Part shown: one piece after another, positions 54,145 through 64,000 of the stretch
Layout of the letters: each line of letters opens with the position of its first letter
How positions within the stretch are numbered: position 1 is the first letter of the stretch
Assembly: GCA_951406725.2 (NCBI GenBank)
Contig: OX597815.1
Location: forward strand, 120,652,001 to 120,716,000
DNA: 64,000 nucleotides
Reading direction: 5' to 3'
DNA from: Octopus vulgaris
Taxonomy: Eukaryota
Position numbers and translations under genes: made by a program
Notes under the pieces: generated by a model
The model's database searches: none
The model's input: the letters and a program-made list of their open reading frames with translations, nothing else
What the model was told of the DNA's origin: nothing

Positions 54145-54292
54145 AGACAGTGGTTGTTCGAAAGAAAATCAAGCTTGGTTTACCAGCTGATGATTGGAAA
54201 CTGATAAGCTCCTATTTCCAGCACTCAGAATTGCTCGTTTCCTGTCATCAGCTGGTAAACCAAGTCTGGTTTTCTTCTGAATTACCACTGTC
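54145..54292. other. ~150-nt fold-back hairpin
   Basis: agacagtggt/accactgtct, agaaaatca/tggttttct, a perfect 20-bp cttggtttaccagctgatga/tcatcagctggtaaaccaag, and ggaaac/gtttcc. Confidence 0.9.
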
Positions 54293-54714
54293 TAGAAACT
54301 GTGTACAGATGTGGAAATTGGCTGCCCAGCGGATGTTAAGATAAAGCTGAAGATCAGTGAAAAATAGAACACCTATGCTGAATTATTGAGAAGTCTGCAG
54401 TTAACTCTATCCAGATTACAAGTTCAGGTTTATACCTGTAATTATTGGGACCCTGGTATATGTAACATATTGCCTAAATACCAATCTTGAGAATTTAGAC
54501 TTTTCAAAACCAGAGAGGGAAAAGCTAATTCGAAGACTACAGATCCAGTCCATCAGTAGAACTGTAAAAATCTGTAAAACTTTCCAGAAATTTATCATTT
54601 AAATATATATGAGCATGTCTAGATATACAGCCATATGCATGAGAATGCATACATAAAACATATAAATATGCACATACATACATACATACATACATACATA
54701 CATACATACATACA

Positions 54715-54745
<31 letters not shown>

Positions 54746-54802
54746 GTGTGTGTGTGCGTATATATATACATACATACATACATACATACATACATACATA
54801 CA

Positions 54803-54836
<34 letters not shown>

Positions 54837-54982
54837 CATACATACATATATACATACATATATATATATATATATATACATACGTATATGCATATAAATG
54901 TGTGTGTATCTTTGTATGTGTTAACAAGAGTCCATGCAATTTTCTTCATTCAAATTGTACTCGTAATGCATATAGAAGGAAC

Positions 54983-55041
54983 CAAACTGAAGGCGCATCC
55001 AGATAATAGTTATAAACCGTTGAAGATGAAACAGTTATTTG
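54983..55041 (+). ncRNA. degenerate hammerhead motif
   Basis: caaa-CUGAAGG-cgcAUC...GAU-GAAA-CAGU-UA-uuug. Confidence 0.4.
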
Positions 55042-57322
55042 TTTGTGTAACTCCTTTGTAGCCTTAGCGATACAAAATAGAGCGAAATAAATCATCTATA
55101 AAAATCACACGGTCGATTAACAATTAGAATATTTCTGAAGACTAGTCAAGGTCAGATTTTTTTGCGTTTTCTTTAGGAACTGTGATACGAAGATGATTTA
55201 TCCTTGTATATTGATTTCTTCTAACTGTATATTCAATATTTTATGACTTAATCAAAGTCTATACACATCTGGTGTTTATCGACTCGGTGGAACGGAATTC
55301 CTCTTAGAACTTGGAAAAACTATTCGCCCAATTTGATGCTCTACTGTTTTTGTTAATTCGGCCTTCCTGTGTTATTGTTTATGAATGTTTAATCGGCCTG
55401 GAAGTATGAGAATTAAAATTGTTTTTGAGATTCCGATTTTAGAACTGAAAGCGCGAAGCTTCAATGCCCTTCGATAATAACAATTTTTTAACTGCTTTGA
55501 GAACAATTTGGTAAGAACTTTCACTTACAATATGATACGGTTATTATCAGTATGATATTTTACAGCGCTTGCATTACTTATATTCTTTCGTTTCTGCTAA
55601 GATCAAAGACTCTGTCTACCGAGGAAGACTGAGAAGAGAGGAAAAGGAAAATAAAGTAATTGAGGTTCGAATATTACCTGAATAAGTAGCTAAATTAGTT
55701 TCTTGAAAGGGCAATCAAATTACCCCAGCGAAATTTCTCATTCTTCTGTAGCTTTAAACCAGTACTGTATTAGTTATTTCTTCTATTGTCAGTGTCCTCG
55801 CATTTAGCGTGCAAAATTAATTTCTAACATAAGTACAAAGCTATAACTTTGCGAAGAATATAGTCGGTTTAATAGACGAGTAACCCACCTATGGAGGCTA
55901 GATGACAGAATCGTTAGCACATCGAACAAAAAGTTTAGCGACATTTCTTCCATTTCATTACGTTCTGAGTTCAAATCCCACCGCTGGGGTCGAGGGCCTT
56001 GGGTCAAAAATTCTGAAACCAATAGGCTAGCAATTTTAAGAAAGAATCAATCGATACCAACTATCCCCAGTTCTTGACAAGTACTTTGTTATATCGAACC
56101 CGACAGCATGAAAGGAAAACTTGACTGCAGTTGGGTTTGAAAGACGATAAAGAGCCGGAAGATATAACGCAGGCCATTTTTCCCGATATTCGCGATTCTG
56201 CCAGCTCGCGCTTTTCATGCCTTTAATATAAGCACCATTATACGAGTCTTCTGCTTTAAAAGAAAAATAGCTTTAGTAACTACAAACATTGCTATTATAA
56301 TGTTATTAAACAATTTAGTTTATTTAATGGCTAAAGTTCATGTAGCAATGTCTAAAGACTCGATTTAGCGGCTTAACTGCCGATTGTATAGAATGACTTA
56401 CACTGCAAATATTATTGTATGTCACTATGTATGTGCGTGTGCACACATGTTTTGATAAGAGATGTTTTCAATGATCACACATTTATCTCCTGTACTGAAC
56501 CTCAGTGTAATCACTTTACAATTGTTAACTGGTCCTAAGTTGATATTACAATACATCATACTAAGGCTGGCTGGCTTTTCTGATCTAGTTAAATAAAACT
56601 GTTTATTTTTTCTCTCTCACACATCACTCCTTTGCGAATCTTGATCTGGTTTAGTCGCTTAATATGTTTTCTTTCAACTAAACTGGTGAGACCTCCGCCT
56701 TAAACTTCGCATTTGTTTATACAGTTTTGTAGCAATAAATTAAAGAACTCTGAAATATTACTGGACTTAAATAGCTATGTAAAGGACTTTGAAGAAAAAC
56801 AAACCACCATAATGGGTTTATTTTGTTTTTGTATTTTTTCTTTTGTTATATACTATTTTTTGTGTGGGCAGCGAGAGAGAATACGAAACTACATTTTTAC
56901 TGTACAACAGAGTTAGATTGTGCTTATTGAATATTCATTTAAAATTGTACTTGTTAAGACATAGAAATAAATATAGATGACAAGTGAATTGTAGGAAAAA
57001 TATTTAAGAACAAATAAAATTTTGTGGATGACCTAATAGTCGCAGCGTTGCCATAGAATGTATTGAAGTAAAAGACGTCCTCTTGCTAACATGTAAGATA
57101 ATTGCACCGATAAGAGTTTTCAATGACACTTGTAGACACTGTACATGGAATTAGAATTGTAAGGTACCTAGACTAAGATTTCATTTGGATAAACACACCT
57201 CTTCAGTTTACCTTTGGGCAAATTTTGTAGCAATCACAAAATTATCTTGTTGCAAAACACGGAAGCATTACTGGAAAGCAGATTATATTCGATTATAAAA
57301 CTGGTGAAAAGTCTGCCTAAAA

Positions 57323-57634
57323 TAGGGGTTCTCAATCGGGGTCCATAGAAGATTCTTGGCGGTCTATAGATGCAATACAATAAATTAGGGTCCATGATAA
57401 TTTTTCAGAGGCTATGCAAAATTTGTGCTTCAGACCAGTAAAGTTTATGTACAATAAATTCGTTATACGTCCACCATACACAATATATTTTAACATTTTT
57501 TAAATTTAATTTCTAATAATATTTAGTTATAAAAATACAATATGATTTTTTATACATCGAATGTTTCTGGTGGTCCATCCAAGTAAAATAGGAATCAAAG
57601 GGGTCGATACGTAAAAAATGGTTGAGAACCCCTG
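57323..57634. mobile_element. hAT-type MITE
   Basis: TIRs taggggttctcaatc / ggttgagaacccctg; 8-bp flanks gcctaaaa / gtccaaaa match 6 of 8 (decayed TSD). Confidence 0.88.
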
Positions 57635-57689
57635 GTCCAAAAGATTATAACATTTGGCCATGATCCTATATAGGTTTCGTAATTTGCTG

Positions 57690-58058
57690 GTAAGTCGATT
57701 GCACCGATTCCAGTGCTCAATTAGTACTTATTTAGTCGACCCCGAAAGGATGAAAGGCAAAGTCGACCTCGACAGAATTTGAACTCAGAGAGGGTAAAGA
57801 CAGACGAATTGCCGCTAAGCATTTCAGCCATGGATTATTTTGTAAAATGTGGTTTCAAATTTTAGCACAAGGTCAGCAATTTCGGATTTAAGTCGATTAC
57901 ATCGATCCCGGTGCTCAACTGGTACTTATTTTATCATTTCCGAAAGAATGAGAGGCAAAGTCGACCTCGGTGAAATTTGAACTCAGAACGTAAAGACGGA
58001 TGAAATGCCGCTAAGCATTTTTTTTCGACGCGCTAACAATTCTGCTACTTCGTCGACT
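57690..58058 (-). mobile_element. two tandem SINE family A copies
   Basis: taagtcgatt.ca.cgat.cc.gtgctcaa...ggcaaagtcgacctcg occurs twice. Confidence 0.9.
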
Positions 58059-58844
58059 TACGACCATGGATAATATTATCAAGTACGATGACAGTGTTTT
58101 GATGTTATGATATAAATTATAGCGAAAACGTACGCTCCCCTCCACACCCACTATTTTTTGTGAAATTTTATTACAATTTTATTGAAACTAGCAATTATTG
58201 AATATGACAGATAAAGTAACCTTTGGATGTTACAATCAATTACATTTTCTTTCTCTCTCCCTACCTCACGCCTTCTCCATACCTTCTCCATCTCTCTCGT
58301 GTCTCTGTCTAACTTTCTCTTCTTTGGGTTATACAAAATGACAGAAGACGAAAGTTAAATTTGAAATCATAGTCGCTTTTGTTAACAGCAATATATATTA
58401 CAGACATTTAATTATCTTGATAGTCTTTTATACATATGATATGAAGTTTCCTATGACAATTACTGCTCTCCGATTTCCGTCAAAGAGTGAGAGAATATCA
58501 CAGCATCCTTTGTATACAGTGCTAATTTATTTGATTAAATTCCTAAATAAGCTACTATGCATGTTCCCGCTGTATAATTAAGTGATTAGTTCAAGGACTC
58601 AGTTAATTTACAAAATATATGCGTATGCGCACGTGAGAGAGAGAGACTATTTATGTGTGCATATATATGCGTGTGTGTGTGTGCGTGTGCGTGCGTGTAT
58701 GTATGTACGTATGTATGTATGTATGGTGCTTCAGCATGGCCGCACTCAAATGACTGAAATAAAAGAATGTATACGTACATATATACATAAAGATATATGT
58801 ATTATATACATAATATATGCACACACTCACACACACACACACAT

Positions 58845-59010
58845 ATGCGCAGAAGTGGCTGTGTAGTAAGAAGCTGCTTCTCAACCACATGGTTCCGGGC
58901 TCTGTACCACTGCGTGGCACCTTGGCTAAGTGTCTTCTACTATAGCCGCGGGATGGCCAAAGCTTTGTGAATGGATTTGGTAGATGGAAACTGAAAGAAA
59001 TCCGTCGTAT
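58845..59010 (+). mobile_element. SINE family B 5' part
   Basis: gcgcagaagtggctgtgtagtaag...ggatttggtaga.ggaaactgaaagaa. Confidence 0.88.
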
Positions 59011-59028
59011 ATATATATATATATATAT

Positions 59029-59083
<55 letters not shown>

Positions 59084-59159
59084 TATAACTTGGAATATAT
59101 ATATATATATACACGCTGCCATAATCTCTTTTATAGAGACTTAGTAATTTTAATATTTC

Positions 59160-59205
59160 TATTATTGAAAACAAGTGGATGTATTCCACTGAAACTAGGT
59201 AAATA
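59160..59205 (+). ncRNA. hammerhead-like motif with U3-A8 core
   Basis: uauu-a-UUGAAAA-ca-AGUGGA-uguau-UCCACU-GAAA-CUAGG-UA-aaua. Confidence 0.45.
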
Positions 59206-59207
59206 TA

Positions 59208-59343
59208 AGCCTTCGAACAGAGACGTCAGTGGCGACACCTGCGGGTCTGACTGCGCTACATTGACAAGGGGCAATACCCCTAAACGCGTCTGTAGCTGTC
59301 GGACTGGCAGTGTGAAGCGGCTGACCTCCCTTGTTCGAAGGTT
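59208..59343 (+). other. 136-nt GC-rich rod-like RNA hairpin
   Basis: agccuucgaacag/uuguucgaagguu, gucagu/gcugac, cac/gug, cugc/gcag, ggucugac/gucggacu, gcuaca/uguagc, gac/guc, agggg/ccccu. Confidence 0.85.
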
Positions 59344-59880
59344 ATAATGGATACAGATCGTGTATCAATAGCTATTGGCTGTCATCAAAATAACATTGTG
59401 CTTAGAATACATTTCAATGGAAATGTTTGAAAAAATAAAAAGACCAGTTAAGTCCTGGAATTGTGTCCTTATTCCATTAATGTACCCTAAATGTGAATTG
59501 AATTATCACAGAAGACAAAAGTGCGTGAGTCAGACCACAATATGGCCATGAATTACATCATTCCATAGAAGCCCATAATTTATTTACTTTATTTCAGAAT
59601 ACGGAATGATTCGTTTAGTTCGAAAAATTAATTCCGACTTAATATAATAGTTGTGTTTATATATACCTTGCCCATTCTAATTCTACGTCTTCTTGTAGGG
59701 TTGTGTTATATAATAAATTAATAGGGGTGAATGCGCGTGGCCAAGCGGTTTGGGATGTCATTTCATGATCATGACGTTGTGGATTCAATTCCTAGATTGG
59801 TTTACACATTCGGCGGTTACTAGTTCATCTTACTCTAGTTTACTTGAATCTTAACTGTAAATATCAACCAAGTGCACGTC

Positions 59881-59943
<63 letters not shown>

Positions 59944-60849
59944 GCTATGATATCCTGGACGTATCGCTTAGTCAAGAACGAACAGGTTGAAGAGAATGTC
60001 TAAACTTGCGACTACATGAGCTCCTAAAACAATTAGTAAATGCGTGACGCATTTTTTACCCTACCACACTCACTTGAGAGTAACAGTCGACTATACCGTA
60101 AATTAACGGATGTCTGGAATAAATAGAACATCCTCTTCGTATATCCATCACATTAAAAAGTAATAATTGTTGATGATGCTAATGTTAGAGGTGGTGGTGG
60201 TAGCGGTTGTTGTCGTCCTAGTTCGGTCCTAATTCAGATATGTGATCAAACATTGTAACAGCTGTGACCATTCTTTTCTCTTTTTCTGCGAACATAACGT
60301 ATGTCGGACTACGCTATTAAATATCCTTCATTTTCGGTGACGATAGGATGTGTTTTGTGAAAGATTTGGCGAATGATTGTGAAGAGTATTCTAAGAAATG
60401 TAGGAAAAATTTAGAACCAATATTCTCTTTGCTGTAATCGGAATCTCTGACTCTTAAAGTACAGATGAAGGAAGATCTGAAGTACTATTACTCGTAGAAT
60501 GTAAATTTTTACTTTTGTGAAATTGTAGGTTCTCAGGCGCAAACTCCTATCAGATAGGAATTTAACACTGGTGCAATACAGTTTTCAAGGAGGGGCTCCT
60601 CAATGCGGTCATTTGTGTGGAGCGAAACAAGCTAAATCTCCCTCAAATCACAACCTACAGTCTTAGAAAAGAATGTTGTAATAGATAAAATAGTTCTTAT
60701 AAGTTGTGCTTGAAAAAACTTAGTACAAAACTGTGATTTAATGGGTGCGATTCGGACTCTCTGATCATCAGTCTGTTCCTTGAGGACTAACTTTCGGTAA
60801 ACAACGACGGCAACAATAACGACTTGCTTTTCATTGTTAATAAGATTGC

Positions 60850-61058
60850 GATCAGGTAGAATCGATAGTGCGTCGAACAAAATACTCAGCGGTATTTCTT
60901 CCGGCTTTTTCCGTTTTGAGTGCAAATTCTACAGTGGTCGGCTTTGTTTTTCGTCTTTACAGGGTCGATAAAGCAAGTGCCAGTTGAGTGCTGGAATTGA
61001 TGCAATCGACCACCCCCACCCCATCACCTAAAATTACTGCCCTTATACCAAAATTTGA
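60850..61058 (+). mobile_element. SINE family A, diverged
   Basis: agaatcgatag...gagtgcaaattc...gggtcgataaa...ccaaaatttgaa. Confidence 0.75.
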
Positions 61059-62469
61059 AGTTATTGTTAATTATAAATTAATTGGGGAAATTGTTAGTGT
61101 GAATAGTCATTTACACGAGGGAATTGTTAGCGTGAATTGTCATTTACATGTTGACATGTAAATAAATATTTGCTGCAAAATTTCTCTTCTAATCCAAGCA
61201 AGTTACTAAATACAATTGTCAATAAATATGGAAACGGATATAAATTGTTTCTCTTGTCTAATCGTTTGGCAATTAAGAAACTATCCTTAATACTAAGGTC
61301 ATTGACATGTTTGACAAGCATTCAATTCTTAAGAGCCATAGTTTGATATTCTGTAATGCTATTGCAGCTTGAATTCAGAGGAGATTATATGTAATCGTTA
61401 GACACCATCAAATTCAACCACGATATCGTGCGTATCTTAGGAAATAGAGCAAATTTTTTCTCGATTAAAATTTACAGAATGTTTTAGCTTGAACCTAGAA
61501 TATGGAGTTGTTCTATCAAGTGAAACTGTCTCACTACCTTTGCCCTGTACTTGAAGGGAAGGCTCAGAAGAATAGAAGATTAACAGAGTAAGCTGTAAAT
61601 AAATCAGAAAACAACGGGAAAATCCTAAGAGTTTTCAGACTTTGACATAGAAGTCCATGGTCACAGTAAGCATAAGCAGATAGAGTATCTCATAGAATGG
61701 GAAGCGTAAGCTGTGACGTTTTGAGCAAAATCCTTGCTCACTGCTGACCTAAGCATTTCAATTTTTGCTTCTAGAAGTGCTTTGATCGAAATAGCATTCG
61801 CGTCAAACCACAGAACATAAACTTATTCAACTATACGAAAAGTTTTTCAGACACGAATCGAAGGATTATTTCAGTAACCATTATTTTAAAATCGTGTTTA
61901 CCAGGTGCAATGATTCTCAAACTAAGAATTTCCAGCTTCCCGCTCCCCTCCTCTCTTCTCTCTCTCTCTACACACACATGCACAAAATTGATGAAAGTTT
62001 TGATCACTCCTTATAAATGAAAGACAAAATAGAATTTGTTTCCATGGTATTAGACAAGTCTAAAATGATTTTCAAACATCTTAATCTTGTTAAACAGAAC
62101 AATTTGTCCACATCTTTTCGTTCTTCATAGACCTGCTGCAAGGAAAAACATTGGTCTAGTGCATAATGTTTATTTTTATTTATTTATTTATTGCGAACTT
62201 GAGAATAACTATAACAAGACCTAACAAAAGAAAAACTTCACAAATTTGCCTCTGTTTTTTCCCGTTAAAATTGATATAAAACGAAAATAAAATTATTACC
62301 AAGAAGCGACCTCACAAACCAAATTGCCTAAAATTCTTTCTCGTTCAATAATAATTTCTCTGATTGAATCCCCAAAATATCATTTTACTGGAAAGATGTT
62401 TCAAACAAGTTCCTTACAGACACATGTCTACAAGCTAACCCACCACCATCTCCAGCATCCTTTAGGTTC

Positions 62470-62708
62470 AGGACTACCTATTTTTTTATTACCCACAAGG
62501 GACTAAACACAGAGGGGATAAACAAGGACAGACATAGGTATTAAGTCGATTACATCGACCCCAGTGCGTAACTGGTACTTAATTTATCGACCCCGAAGGA
62601 TGAAAGGCAAAGTCGACCTCGGCGGAATTTGAACTCACAACGCAACGCAGACGAAATACCGCTAAGCATTTCGCCCGGCGTGCTAACGTTTTTGCCAGCT
62701 AGCCGCCT
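62470..62708 (-). mobile_element. SINE family A, young-looking variant with a different 3' tail
   Basis: Near-consensus head and body; tail is ctatgtctgtccttgtt...ccttgtgggtaataaaaaaatagg. Confidence 0.9.
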
Positions 62709-63092
62709 GCTATCCGACCTAAACTGGGACCTTTAGCAGGTTCTGCCACCCCAGTCCAGAGTAGACCTAGGAATAGTGGTGACTAATTGCTAACTCCACA
62801 TTCCTCGAATTTCCTGAACTCCCTAGCTGGAGTTTCAAGCCTGATTTCCTTTAAAATATCTGGTCCAGGGCACCATAACAAAAGAGAAATTATCCAAATC
62901 TGCAAAAGCTTTATTAAATATTTGCCGATAACGATTGTCTTTAATTTGATTTCACTCTGGTTTTTGTCTGAAGAATAAATATTGTAATTCGGTCTGTAAG
63001 GTTGTATGTACCAGATAAAATATTTTTGCATTTCACGAAAATAAGAACAAATAAAAGTTTAGTCTGAGTCTCTAAATAAGTATGTAAATGCA

Positions 63093-63225
63093 TATAGGCG
63101 CAGGCGTGGCTGTGTGCTTACCAACCACATGGTTCCGGGTTCAGTCTCACTTCGTGGCACCTTGGTCAAGTGTCTTCTACAATAGCCTCGGGCCGACCTG
63201 AGCTTTGTGAATGGATTTGGTAGAC
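63093..63225 (+). mobile_element. SINE family B 5' part
   Basis: taggcgcaggcgtggctgtgtg...ggcaccttgg.caagtgtcttctac...ggatttggtagac. Confidence 0.88.
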
Positions 63226-63393
63226 AACCTTCTATGCCAATAAACTATTATTGTTCCGGAAAGTTGTTTTTTATACTCACCACGGACTGCTTACTAACTT
63301 CCTACAACTAGATCCTTGGATGTTATAATTATATATCATTGTATACATACATACATACATACATACATACATGCACGCATACATACATACATG

Positions 63394-63468
<75 letters not shown>

Positions 63469-64000
63469 CTGAAATTTATATATAATTGAAATATATATAT
63501 ATATGTAAGAACAACAGGCCTAATATAATGATTTGGGATAGAAAAGAGAAACTGAGAGCAGTTGTGGAAATATGAAATCATTATCTCACAGTATCTCGAT
63601 ATTATCGCAGTAATTGAAATTTCGATTTTTAGATGATATTTCTCCAGGTATTTGTAGTTTCACGATCTTTGAAATATTTGTTTATAGATAAAACATCGTT
63701 TGACATTGTTAGACATATTAGGAGAAGCAAAGTTTCTTCGATGCTCTTTGAAAATGATATTGGACTCATATTACTTTGTCGGGGGAGTCAGAATATCGTA
63801 CTATATTTTTTGATAAGCAGGCGTAGCTACTTGCATATGGAATACTGTGAAACTTAAGCCTATAACATATACAATGTACGCGCACAATTATGCAATATAT
63901 AAAATTTACAGATTACACGCACAATTAAACAAAATATAAAATGTGCAAGATGCACACACACATACATACAAAGATACATACATGCATGCATACATACATA

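Noticed and set aside
54186-54210. Stand-alone hammerhead CUGAUGA-uug-GAAA
   Set aside because: No stem II and no stem I pairing; the motif is buried in the long fold-back.

Overview
AT-rich, microsatellite-dense eukaryotic DNA. The SINE families and repeat landscape look like an octopus (coleoid cephalopod) genome; this is recognition from memory, not a database result. I cannot support any intact host protein-coding gene, and nearly all listed ORFs are microsatellite or transposon artefacts, so the window is probably a large intron or intergenic region with a few weak exon candidates. Recognisable elements are more than 30 tRNA-derived SINE copies, a 5'-truncated R4/Dong-like LINE in (TAA)n, a CR1-group LINE 3' end, two Penelope-like (PLE) GIY-YIG remnants, a TIR-bounded deleted mariner, two hAT non-autonomous elements and a probable Helitron. 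The most unusual layer is RNA structure. There are about 15 minimal hammerhead-ribozyme (HHR) motifs from several unrelated sequence families, including a repeated A3-U8 core variant. There are also four long rod-like hairpins containing G-U pairs, two of them directly downstream of a degenerate HHR. All folds were paired by eye and coordinates of degenerate repeats are approximate.
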